Assembly (NCBI RefSeq): GCF_963921235.1
Contig: NC_086097.1
Coordinates: 171,928,001 to 171,992,000 of the forward strand
From: Mobula hypostoma
Taxonomy: Eukaryota
Direction of reading: 5' to 3'
DNA: 64,000 nt
Shown: in pieces, positions 52,296-64,000 of the stretch
Layout of the letters: the number at the start of each line of letters is the position of its first letter
Numbering within the stretch: position 1 is the stretch's first letter
The notes under the pieces: generated by a model
Databases searched by the model: none
What the model was told of the DNA's origin: nothing
The model's input: the letters and a program-made list of their open reading frames with translations, nothing else
Translations under genes and position numbers: made by a program

Positions 52296-54057
52296 TCATC
52301 AAGCACCTCCTAACCATCTTTGGAAGAGTTTCCAGACCCTACATCAGCCACTTCAGAATTCATAAAACCGGAGTGAGAGCAAATTGTCCTCGTTCCCGAA
52401 AGACTACTCAGGAAAGAGAAGAACGTTTAGTACAGAAACAGAAAAAAGGTCATTTTGAACCAGGCAAAATATCATGATGGATTCATATTTATCCAGAGAT
52501 GAGATTAGATTGTTCTGCACCTTATTGATCCCGGGAGGAAAATGGATAAATTGTTAGAAATGTACTGATCATTAATAATGTGCGCTTGTTCACATATTGT
52601 TCATTATATTGGAGAAGTTCTGTATTCACATTAGTTCTCTATAAATGGGTAAGGCATCAGAGGAATCAGTCCTGCACATATTGTAGCACGGAGGTATGCC
52701 AGCTAGTGTGGCTGTTAGAACAAATCATGCTATACATTAAAAAATATGAGTGAGCTGCCAGACCATGGCAGCAGGATGCTTATCCTTATTCCTGGTAATC
52801 ATGCCATATAAAGGATTGGTGTAGATGGACTAAAAGTTCAGTATGGATATGATGGGATGAAGAGCACGTTTCTGTGTAATGTAAGTCCTTGACCATGAGC
52901 TCTAATATCAATTGCATGGTATCGCACTTATTTGAAAGCTCTCTTATACGGAAAGCTCGGGAAAATGGGCTACTTTAATAGTAGTACTTGACTCCACCAC
53001 TAGCCCTGGTAGCACATTCTAGGCACCCACAGATCTCTGTGTAAAATAAATCTTGCCCCAACATCTACTTTGAAACTGCCCAAGCTACCTTAAATGCATG
53101 CTGACTAGTGTTAGACACTTTCAGCCTGATATAAAGGTATCAGCTGTCACCTGGGGTGCTGAACTGATAACACACACAAAAATGTTGTTGCCATGTGGTA
53201 TGCAGTGCCGATTCTTTAAACCCACCCATAATAAGAGGACACATAACGATTATCTTTATTGCTATGATACAGTGAATGATTTCTGCAACCTGGAAATACT
53301 AAGATATTTTCAGAGGAAACATTTTGCACCAGCTTGGTGCCACCTATATGTGAGAGAACAAATTTCATGACACATGCTGGTGATAATAAACTTGATTCTG
53401 ATTCTGAGAGAACACGTGACTTTGGATGATGTGCTTTGAAAGCTTTGCAGACCTAGCATACATAACAGTATTTGGATTGTAAATGTTTATAATAACAATT
53501 CTATTTAGAAGAGATGTTATTTTTCAAAGGATTAATATTAATAATTTTTGAACATTTCTATTAATGTCACTCTTATAATTTTATTGATGGTAAAACAATG
53601 AATATACATAATCAAGCAACAGGTCTCACACTTTTTCCTTTAAAAAGTACATAATTATTGTTAATAATTCATTAACCATTGATAATCCAGTGTGCAGGAA
53701 ACTCGTGGTGGGTAGGCTGGACGATAGGGCACAAGCCGATGTTTGGCTCCATTTTGCTGATTAAAGCTCCCATTGTCCGCTGATTCAAGCGACGAGGGAG
53801 ATTGAAGCATTGAAGCAAATGAAGAGGGGTGAGTGCTGACTGCCTGTCTTTTGATCGCTCTGTACCAGAGAGGGAAAGGTCAGCCGCTGGCTCTGGAGAG
53901 TGTTCCCCAGCTTTTTCTGCATCTGGGATGTGACTTTGGATATAGATACTCTTTTTCAGTCTTATAGTTTTTACATTCTGTTTTCTTTCACCTGATCTTC
54001 TTAGTTTTTTTTTGTGCTGGGAAAGGGATTTGAGGATCAATGTACCTGATCCACTAC

Positions 54058-55673
54058 AGTGGATATAGTGTATGTGGATTTCAGTAAGGCATTTGATAAG
54101 GTTGCCCATGAAAGGCTCATTCAGAAAGTAATGAGGCATGGGATCCAAGGAGACCTTGCTTTATTCTTTCAGAATTGGCTTGCCCAGAGAAGGTAAAGGC
54201 TGGTTGTAGATGGTTCGTATTCTGCACGGAGGACGGTGTCCAGTGCTATTCTGCAGGAATCTGTTCCGGGACCCTTCCTCTTTGCGATTTTTATAACTGA
54301 CCTGGATGAGGAAGAAGAAGGGTGGGTTAGTACGTTTGCTGATGACAAAAGTTGAGGGTGTTGTGATTATGATTAGGAATAGTCAGCATGGCTTTGTCAA
54401 AGGCAGCTCGTGCCTTATGAGACTGACTGAATTTTTTGAGGATGTGACTAAACACATTGATGAAGGTAGAGCTGTAGATGTAGTGTATATGGATTACAGC
54501 AAGACATTTGATAAGGTACACCATGCAAGGCTTATTGAGAAAGTGAGGAGGCATGGGATCCAAGGGAACATTGCTTTGTGGATCCAGGACTGGCTTGCCC
54601 ATAGAAGGCAAACAGTAGTTGTAGATGAGTCATATTCTGCATGGAGGTCAGTGACCAGTGGTGTGCCTCAGGGATCTGTTCTGGGACCCCCACTCTTCAT
54701 GATTTTTATAAATGACCTGGATGAGGAAGTGGAGAGATGGGTTAGTAAGTTTGCTGATGATACAAGGGTTGGGGGTGTTGTGGATAGTGTGGAGGGCTGT
54801 CAGAGGTTACAGTGCGACATTGATAGGATATAAAACTTGGCTGAGAAGTGGCAGATGGAGTTCAACCCAGATGAGTGTGAGGTGGTTCATTTTGGTGGGT
54901 CAAATATGATGGCAGAATATGGTATTAATGGTAAGACTCTTGGCAGTGTGGAGGATCAGCGAGATTTTGGGGTCCATGTCCATAGGACACTCAAAGTTGT
55001 TACACAGGTTGACAGTGTTGTTAAGAAGGCATATGGTGTGATGGCATTTGTCAACTGTGGGACTGAGTTCAAGAGCACTGAGGTAATGTTACAGCTATAT
55101 AAGACCTTAGTTAGACCCTACTCGGAGTACTGTGCTCAGTTCTGGTCACCTCACTACAGGAAGGATGTAGATACTATAGAGAGAATGCAGAGGAGAATTA
55201 GAAGGATGTTGCTTGGATTGGAGAGCATGCCTTATCAGAACAGGTTGAGTGAACTTGGCCTTTTCTCCTTGGAGCAATGGAGCATGAAGCGACCTGATAG
55301 AGGTATATAAGATGATGAGGAGCATTGATCTTGTGGATAGCCAGAGGCTTTTTCCCAGGGCTGAAATGGCTAACACAAGGGGGCATAGTTTCACGGTGTC
55401 TGGAAATAGGTACCAAGGGGATGTCAGAGGTAAGTTTTTCACACAGAGAATGGTGGGTGCATGGATTGCACTGCCAGTGACAGTGGTGGAGGCAAATACA
55501 ACAGGGTCTTTTAAGAGCCTCTTAGATAGGTACATGGAGCTTTGAAAAATAGAGGGCTATGCAGTAGGGAAATTCTAGGCAAATTCTAGAGTAGGTTACA
55601 TGGTTGGAACAACATTGTGGGCCAAAGGGCCTGTACTGCACTGCAGATTTTTATGTTCTATGTTCTATGTTCT
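54058..55673 (+). mobile_element. CR1: short RT fragment (54058-54365) followed by a longer 5'-truncated copy (54371-55673)
   Basis: QHGFVKGSSCL, YMDYSKTFDKV, GVPQGSVLGP, KFADDTR and FFTQRMVGAW, with stop/frameshift. (TATGTTC)n tail at about 55652-55672. Confidence 0.9.
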
Positions 55674-56538
55674 GTGATCCATTTTGTTCATTTTTTTGTG
55701 AGGGAGGAGGGATTTGAGGGTCCATGTGCCTGATCAGCTTTAACTGGTTTTTGTGTGAGAGGAGGGATTGAGGGGTCGATGTGACTGATCCATATTGATT
55801 GGTTTTTGTTTGAGACGAGGGATTTGGGGGTTGATGCGTCTGTTCCGCTTCCCTACAATTTTGTTTGTGGAGAGGTGAGATTTGGGGGTTGATGGTCAAG
55901 CTGCCTTTCTCTTCGTCTTGGTTTCATGGCTACCTGGAAATCTGAAGAATTTTAGAGTTGTATACTTTGATAATAAATGAAACTTTGAACCTTTGATAAT
56001 CTATGCTCAAAGTTACCATAGCAAGTAAGTGTATATTTATAGAAGATTTTTACCAACTTGGGCACACACTCTCTTAAAGGCTCTCCATCCCTGGTTTACA
56101 CTATATATGCCTCTCATAATCTTATAAACTTTAATCAGTTTTCCACTCAGCCTACACTGCTGCAAAGAAAACAACAGCTATTTGTCCACTCTCTCCTTAG
56201 AGCAACTCATGTTCCTCTAGCTCCCCCTCTCTTCCTCTCCTTCTTCCTCTCTTTAACCGGCATGACTAACATCGACTCACAGTGTTAAAATCATAATTCT
56301 CATGATCAAGTCCATCTATAATATTTCCCCTCACTGCTTCTGTAAGGAGGTTACTTTCACCTTCTGAGCCCACTTACGTTTCCCCATTCTATTCTCCTAA
56401 ATATCCCCAATTCTGCCAACCCTTCAATACTGGCTGCAGTCTCAAATACCAGGGTCCAGAGCTTCAGAATTCCTTCCCTCAAATTCTTGATTTCTCCCTC
56501 GCTCTTAAAATTGACTACATTCATAGTCAGTTTGACTA

Positions 56539-57345
56539 TCAGAATCAGAATCAGGTTTATTATCACCAGCATGTGTCGTGAAATTTGATAATTTAACAGG
56601 AGCAGTTCAATACAATACATAATATAGAAGAGAAAAAATAAAATAACTAATTAATACATACATACATACATAAATAAATAAATAACAGTATACATATATT
56701 GTATAGATTAAAGAATGGCCAAACAAAACCAGAAATAATATATATTAAAAAATATGGGGTAGTGTTTAAGGATTCAATAACCATTTAGGAATCGGATGGC
56801 AGTGGGAAAGAATCTGTTCCTGAATCGCTGAGTGTGTGCCTTCAAGTTTCTGTGCCTCCTACCTGATGGTAACAGTGAGAAAAGGGCATGCCCTGGGTGC
56901 TGGACGTCCTTAATAATAGACACTGCCTTTCTGAGACACCACTCCTTGAAGATGTCCTGGGTACTTTGTAGGCTAGTACCCAAGATAGAGCTGACCAAAT
57001 TTTCAACCCTCTGCAGCTTCTTTCAGTCCTGTGCAGTAGCCTCTCCATACCAGACGGTGATGCAGCCTGTCAGAATGCGCTCCATGGTACATCAATAGAA
57101 GTTTTTGAGTGTATTTGTTGACATACCAAATCTCTCCAAACTTCTAATGAAGTATAGTCGCTGTCTTGCCTTTATAACTGCCTCAATATATTGGGACCAG
57201 GTTAGGTCCTCAGACATCTTGACACCCAGGAACTTGAAGCTACTATTCTCTCCACTTCTGATCCTTCTATGAGGATTGGTATGTGTTCCTTTGTCTTGTC
57301 CTTCCTGAAGTCCACAATCAGCTCTTTCATCTTACTGACTACATC
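56539..57345 (-). mobile_element. Rex1/Babar 3' portion (family of 9160 and 11628)
   Basis: CLRKAVSIIKDVQHPGHALFSLLPSGRRHRNLKAHTQRFRNRFFP and a (GATTCT)n tail. Confidence 0.88.
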
Positions 57346-57354
57346 TGTAACCAA

Positions 57355-57900
57355 TAGTCAAGTCAAATTTGTTATCATTATCATTTGTACAAGTACATGC
57401 ATACATAGGTGTAATAAAAAAATTGCCTGCACCAGAAAGATAGGCACAAAACATAGACACAATTTTCACAACTGAAAACATAAATTAAACATAAAATATA
57501 CAAGAATTGTAGAAGAAAGTGCACAATTAGTATCAATAAAATGTTCATTGCTGTGCCAAATGGTCCAAGTGTTGCTGTACTGATGAAGTAATTAGGGTTG
57601 TACAAGAGCCAAATGATTGAAGAGAAGTAGCTGCTGGTGATGTGGGACTTGAGGCTTCTATAGCTCCTACCCAATGGTGGCTGCAAGAAGATAACATAGC
57701 CAGGATAGTGATGATCTTTGATGCCTTCTTGAAGCAAAACCTCCAGTAGATATAACCAATGTGAGGAGAGATGGTCTGGTGATGTTTTGGGCAGAGTCCA
57801 CTACACACTGCATCTTCTTGTATTCCTACTCATTTGAAATTACATACCGGACCATGAGGTAACTAGTCAGGATACTTTCAACTGTACGTCTGTAGATGTT
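57355..57900 (-). mobile_element. Old Rex1/Babar 3' fragment
   Basis: IKDHHYPGYVIFLQPPLGRSYRSLKSH. Confidence 0.7.
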
Positions 57901-57994
57901 AATTGGGAATTAAGACATAAGGGATTTGTATGGGCATGTACACGTTTGTAGATGGATTAAGACAATAAGATCATAAGATATAGGAGTAGAATTA

Positions 57995-58838
57995 CTAACA
58001 AGAGAGGATCTTGCAGATGCTGGAAATCCAAGTAACACACACACACAAAATCTGGAGGACTTCAGCAGGCCACGCAGCATCTATGGAAAAAAGTACAGTC
58101 GATGTTTCCAGCCGAGACCCTTCGGCAGGACTGGAGAAAAAAGGATGAGGAGTAGATTTAAACGGTGGGGGAGGGGAAAGAGAAACACAAGCTAATAAGT
58201 GAAACTGGGAGGGGGAGGAATGAGGTAAATAGCTGAGAAGTTGATTGGTAAAAGAGATACAGGGCTGGAGAAGAGGGAATCTGACAGATAGGGACAGAAG
58301 GCATGGAAGAAAGAAAAGGGGCCGAGAAGCACCATAGGGAGGCGATGGGCAGGCAAGATAAGGTGAGAGAGGGAAAACGGGATGGGAACTAGTGAAGGAG
58401 GAGTTGGGGGGGGGGCTGTTAGGGGTCATTACCAGAAGTTCGAGAAATCAATGTTCATACCATCAGGTTGGAGGTTACCCAGACGAAATACTGTTCCTCC
58501 ACCCTGAGTGTGCCCTCATCATGACAGTAGAGGAAACCATGGATTGACATATCGGAATGGGCATGGGAAGTGGAATTGAAATGGGTGGCCACTGGGAGAT
58601 CTTGCTTCTTCTGGAGCACGAAGTGTAGGTGCTCAGCAAAATGGTCTCCCAGTCTATGTTGGGTCTCACTGATATATAGGAGGCCACACTGGGAGCACTG
58701 GGCACAGTATATAACCCCACCAGACTCACAAGTGAAGTGTCGCCTCACCTGGAAGGACTGTTTGATGCCCTGAATGGTAGTGAGGGAGAAAATGTAGGAG
58801 CTTGTGTAGCATTTGTTCCGCTTGCAAGGATAAGGGCC
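57995..58838 (-). mobile_element. Older PLE 3' end (GIY-YIG remnant + terminal repeat, mutated HHR at 58097-58132) inserted in a CR1 tail
   Basis: HFTCESGGVIYCAQCSQCGLLYISET..HFNS; HHR core CTGCCGA. Degenerate TSD AGTAGAATTA / AGCAAAATTA. CR1 continues 58839-59090. Confidence 0.88.
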
Positions 58839-59784
58839 AGCAAAATTAGGCCATTTGACCCATCAAGTCTGCTCTGCCATTTCATCATATCAGATCCAAT
58901 TTTTCTCTCAGCCCCAAGCTCCTGCCTTCTGCCCTTACCTCTTCATGCCCTAACCAATCAAGAATCTATCAACCTCTGCCTTAAATGTACATAAAGACTT
59001 GGCCTCCACAGCTGCCTGTGGAAAAGAATTCCACAGATTCGCCACTCTCTGGCTAACAAAATTCCTCATCTCTGTTCTAAAAGGATGGCCCTTATAAGGG
59101 CTTACACATGATCTTGCTGAAGACTTAAAGAAGTATAACCTATTGCTACTCTTATACCTTATAAACTCCATCCATTTTTGTCACCAGCCTTGATCCCAAT
59201 TTGTATAAAATTTGTTTTTGAATTTTATTTGAACGTCCTTGAATGTTTTATTGATTTAAGAGTGCAATATAAGTGCAAGATGGCCAGAGTGATGGATAAC
59301 AGTGTGTCTTCAGACACATTCCTGGTAAATAATGGTGTGAAACAAGACACTTTTCATTTAAAAGTTATAGCTTAGTCATTTCTCTGAACACAGACCAGTG
59401 TCACACATCTGCTGTGAGACTCCATGGGATGAGGGACAAAAGCTGGTGCAGCTCTCCAGAACTCATTATATCATTAAGCACAGATTTAATTCCACAGCCT
59501 TGACCCGCAAAGTAATAGCACATTGTCTCAAATCTGCTACATTCAGCAGTACTCCAAATCATGCCACGTCACAGCTCTGCTACACTGATGATCTTTTGCT
59601 TCCAAATTTACATGTATTTCTTGTCATTCCACCATAACTATGATCCACTCCCTGGTGTTGTACTTCCAGTAGTGCTGACTATCCCTGGGGTTAGCAGTGG
59701 CTCAGTGTAGAACATATTCAGCTGTGAGCCTGGATGTTGGAAATTCCAATCCCATTCTGGAGGCTTATCAAAGCAGAACTTTTC

Positions 59785-60672
59785 TAAGTTCAAAGTTCTA
59801 TAAATTAATTATCACATATATGTCACCATATATACTACCTTGAGATTCATTTTCTTGCAGGCAGTTACAGGGAAAATTAATAAATACAATAGGCTATAGA
59901 TAAAGACTGACAATGTGCAAGAGAAGACAAGCTTTGCAAATAAAAATAATACTGAGAACCTGGGTTTTGAAAGTGTCCTTGAAAGTGAGTCTGTAGGCCA
60001 TTTCAGGAGCCTGCTGGTAGTGGGATAATAACTGTTCCTAAACTTGGTGGTGTGGGACATAAGCTTCTGTACCTCCTTCCTGATGGTAATAACAAGATGA
60101 GGGTATGGCTTGGGAGGTGGGGTTTCTTGATGATGGATGCTGTTTTCTTGTGGCAATGCTCCTTGTAGATGAGCTCAATGGTGGGGGAAGACTTTGCCTG
60201 TGCTCACAGCACATACTTACATATGTTGGTAGTTCACTCAAACAACACTTTTCACTTTATGCTTCAATGTATTTGCCATAAATAAATGAATCTGAATGGA
60301 CTGGGCTGTATCTACCACTTTCTGTAGCCGTTTCCATTGCTGGGTATTGATGGTACCATACCAGGCTGTAATGCAGCCAGCTGGCATGCTCCCCACTGTG
60401 TGTATATAGAAGTTTGTCAATGTTTTTGCTGATATGATGGATCTACACAAACTTATAAGAAAGTAGAGGCACTGTTGTGCCTTCCTTGTTATGGCACTAA
60501 TGTGCCGGTCCCAGGACAGATCCTTTGATACGATAACACAAAGGAATCTAAAACTATTGATTCTTTCCATTCCCAAAATGAGGAATAGCTCATGGGCCTC
60601 CAGCTTCTTCCTCCTGTAAGTGATAGACAGCTCTTTGGTTTTGGTGATTTTGAGTAAGCAGTTGTTGTTCAA
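59785..60672 (-). mobile_element. Old Rex1/Babar fragment
   Basis: KTKELSITYRR, LSWDRHISAITRKAQQCLYFL and GCITAWYG. Confidence 0.8.
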
Positions 60673-61249
60673 TTATTGTTCCAAGAATAATATTTGTTTC
60701 AGATTAGTTTATTGTCATATACATGAGGGTGCAAAGAAATTCCTTGCTGATGTGAAACTCACAGAGCAACAATATTCATGGTAAGAAGAAATACAGCAAT
60801 AACTGACCACTGGTAAATAGCTTGATGTTTCACATGTATCGCGATGCAGTGAAAAGCTTTTTGTTGTGGCACCCATTTCTCACATAAGCTGATTGAGTAA
60901 GTACAAAAGTAAAGCCAAACAGACTGCAGGATATAGTGTTACAGGCCCAAAGAAAGCACAGTGAAGGTATACAAATGAAGTGCAAGGGCCATGATGACGA
61001 CAAAACAGATTGTCTTCCAAGACAATCACTAGATAGGTTTTCTTACCCACAATCAGGTGATTTCATGTTCCCCACTATTGATTCAAATTGTTGGATCTAT
61101 ACCCCAATTCCTGACTGTTTCATAATTGGATTATAACTCCTGTAGTTAGACCATTGGTCCAGTCTCTTGATTAAATTCATGATTGCCCCCACCAGCCAAA
61201 TACCAGAAGGAATTTGATTCGAGAGCAGAAGCGATTTGGAGCGGGCATA

Positions 61250-61668
61250 GGAGAAATTTACTAGGATGCTGGGAGAGATTCGATCTTCTTGGGGATTAGG
61301 AGAGACATAGAGAGTGCAGACAGACAGTATCTTTTTTTCCCCTGAGGATTGAAATGTCTAATATGAGAGTGCATGCATTTACAGTGAGAGAGTGTAAGTT
61401 GAAGAGAGGAGGGCAAGGCAAGATTTTTTAACGCAGAGTGATAGGTGTCTGGAATGCATTGGCAGGGGCGGTAGTGAAAGAAAATACAATAGGGATGTTT
61501 GAGGCTTTTCGAGAGATACATGGATGTGGAGAGAATGGAGGCACATAGACGTTTTTTAGATAGAAAGGATTAGTTTAGTTAGGCACTTAGATACTTGTTT
61601 AATTAGTTCAACACAACATTGTGTACTGAAGGGCCTGTTCTAATGCTGTACTGTTCTATAATCTATGT
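61250..61668 (+). mobile_element. Old CR1 3' fragment
   Basis: FFNAE..IGVWNAL..AVVKE remnant and GAAGGGCCTGTTC..TGTTCTAT 3'UTR. Confidence 0.65.
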
Positions 61669-62708
61669 CATTACCACAGTAACAGATCAAATGGTATTCT
61701 GGGCAGAAATGGTGTGACCTTTTCTTTAGACACTGAAACCTGGCTAAAATTCCTGGAAAATTCAAACTCCCTCCCACACATCCCCAGCATGGATTTTCAA
61801 TTATTCTTCAAAAACACTGCCTTGGCTTTCTTCTAAGCTCTGTCACCTCGAGCATGGATAGTATAGCACTTTCAAAGACAGTTGATCAGCTCCCGTTTTA
61901 TGTGCATTTCTTTTATGTGTTGAATTGAAATCTGTGGGTTGAGACCAGCTCTTCAATTTAATTCCCTCAGCTTCAAGAAGAGGTTTACTTCAGTGACCTG
62001 TGGAGCCAGAGTAACCCAATCATGTCACAACATCTTCCTTAAAGATTACTTTGATGTCAGTGATGCCCAAACTCCAGAAACAAAGCATTAAATTACTTTC
62101 TCTCTGACTCTGTCATCCCTAAAAAATCATATAAATATGCAACTTGAGCTCCTTCACACCAATCTGCACGCGAATTCGGTTAAAAAAGAGTGACTAAATT
62201 GTAGCAGTAAACACAGCCAAAAATGAGATAATATGGAGAATGAGCAATTTAAATAAATGCTTGGGCATTTATATCTTGAGCTTCAAGTTTATTCCCAGTC
62301 TCACTGTCAAAGAAATGACATTTTGATTGTAGACTAAGGCAAAGAAAAATAAATAAATGATCAACAAACAACCTACCTGAGGACCTCAGCAGATCAAGAC
62401 CCTGCTACTGGCTGTCCACAAATTTATGCCTCTCATCATCTTATAAACTTCTAACTGCCACTGCAGAGAAAACAACATCAGTCTGTCTCTCCTTAGTGTA
62501 CCCAATATACTTAGCATCTTCCCCTCTCTTTCCCTGTCCAAGCATCTGCAGAGGAAAATGGACACAGTGATTTGGACTGACACCCTTCATCTGGATTGAA
62601 AGCTTGGAGGAGAGATGATCACTATAAAGAGCGAGGGGAAGGGATGCAGTAAGAGCTGGCAAGTGATGTACAAATTTTGCAGATGATGGAAATCTTAAGC
62701 AGCACGTA

Positions 62709-63152
62709 CCAGCAGTGATTGATAAGTTTGTGGCCTAAGGTAGAAGGAGTCAATTTTAGAAAACCTAGCACATTTATTTTTCAACATAGTCCCCTCCTAC
62801 ATTTACACACTTAGACCAGCGGTCGTGGAGCATACGGATCTTGGACCTCCAGAAAGTGTCCACAGCAGGGGTGATTGATAAGTTTGAGGCCTAAGGCAGA
62901 AGGAGATGAGTTATACAGCTCTTTTTACATGCACATGCAGGTCAACTCTTTGAGTGATTATGCAGAAAGCTTGAAGTTAATAACTCATCTCCTTCTATCT
63001 TAAGCCACGAACTTATCAATCACACCTGATGGGTTATTAACTTTAAACTTTCTGCATAGTCACTCAAAGAGTTGACCTGTATGTGCATGTAACGAGAACT
63101 GTATAACTCATCTCCTTCTATCTTAGGCCATGAACTTATCAATCACCCCTCG
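62709..63152. mobile_element. Mariner-type MITE with internally duplicated TIRs, inserted in a PLE-end mini-element (about 62675-63310)
   Basis: TA|CCAGCAGTGATTGATAAGTTTGTGGCCTAAGGTAGAAGGAG ... CTCCTTCTATCTTAGGCCATGAACTTATCAATCACCCCTCG|TA. Extra TIR copies at about 62867 (+) and 62990-63025 (-). Confidence 0.82.
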
Positions 63153-63321
63153 TAAAATTCTGGAGAAACTCAGCAGGTCAGGCCACATCAATGGAGGAGA
63201 ATAAACAGTCCTTTTCTGATGAAGGGACTCAGCCAAAGCAGCAGGTGATTATTTTCCTCTTTACTTTCAGCCTGACTTGCTGAGTAACTCCTGCATTCTC
63301 TGTGTGTTGCACAAGTGACAC

Positions 63322-63462
63322 GTGGATCTGGGTGAGGAGGCTTGATAGGTGGATCTGTGTGAGGAGGGGTGATAGGTGGATCTAGGTGAGGAGAGGTGAT
63401 AGGTGGATCTGGATGAGGAGGCTTGATAGGTGGATCTGGGTGAGAATGGGTGATAGGTGGAT
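63322..63462 (+). repeat. 27-bp minisatellite, about 5.2 units
   Basis: GTGGATCTGGGTGAGGAGG(C/G)(T/G)TGATAG repeated at 63322, 63349, 63376, 63403 and 63430. Confidence 0.9.
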
Positions 63463-64000
63463 GAAGGAAGGGAGAGTGGAGATAACAAAAGAAGTGGATT
63501 GCTGCATTTCATGATCCCAAGATATTACAAAAGAAGCAATTCAAAATATCAGGACAGTACCATAATTACTCAGGAAAAACATTGAACAATCAGAGGTGTG
63601 TGGGCTATGTTGTAATGGACTTCTATTTTTCTTAATGGTATTGCCGGTGGATGGTGTGGCCAAAACAGCAAAATTTCAAACTAATAATGAAAGGTTTAGG
63701 AGATCACCAGCCCCTCAATGAAATACATCTTGGTTCCATTCAGATCACACAGCAGTGGGTCAAGTTGTTCCAGTGACTACAGTTAATGCTGGTTCCTGGC
63801 ATGGATTATAGTGAGGAGGTTATTGCTCATGGGATCAATGGGTAAACAACTGTGTGATAATCAGATGTTAAGGAGCAAGGACAAGGAGAGTAGTGGTGTC
63901 CTCTCCAAATCCATCCTATCTAGTCCTTTCAGCATTTGGTTTCAATGAGATGCCCATGCAATCTTCTAAATTCCAATGTGTACAGGCTCAAAGCTGCCAA

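Noticed and set aside
63322..63462. CRISPR-like periodic repeat
   Set aside because: Contiguous 27-bp units without unique spacers, in eukaryotic context with no cas genes; it is a minisatellite.

Overview
Eukaryotic, repeat-dense DNA with no recognisable host protein-coding exon, probably a large intron or an intergenic region. The repeat mix (CR1, Rex1/Babar, RTE, V-SINE, Neptune-type Penelope) suggests a cartilaginous fish such as a ray or shark; this is inference. Highlights: (1) A ribozyme-bearing retroelement system. It comprises a structurally complete Penelope-like element (PLE, 35047-38743, minus; RT + GIY-YIG, 9-bp TSD) with a minimal hammerhead ribozyme (HHR) in each terminal repeat, a truncated sister copy sharing the same frameshift before YIDD, and a dispersed population of non-coding fold-back mini-elements built from the HHR-bearing end. 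Some of their breakpoints sit at the predicted cleavage site. (2) A Sleeping Beauty-family Tc1 element with two 'right' ends, invaded by a PLE. (3) A DD38E (Intruder-type) Tc1 fossil. (4) A bipartite RTE derivative whose 5' end can form a nested pseudoknot (candidate ribozyme). (5) A young 5'-truncated CR1, a three-copy non-coding retroposon family, two solo LTRs, hAT, Tigger and mariner non-autonomous elements, and a tRNA-SINE with a 12-bp TSD. Nearly all ORFs in the track are transposon fragments or their antisense shadows. Family assignments rest on motifs recalled from memory, not on database searches. Boundaries of old fragments are approximate.
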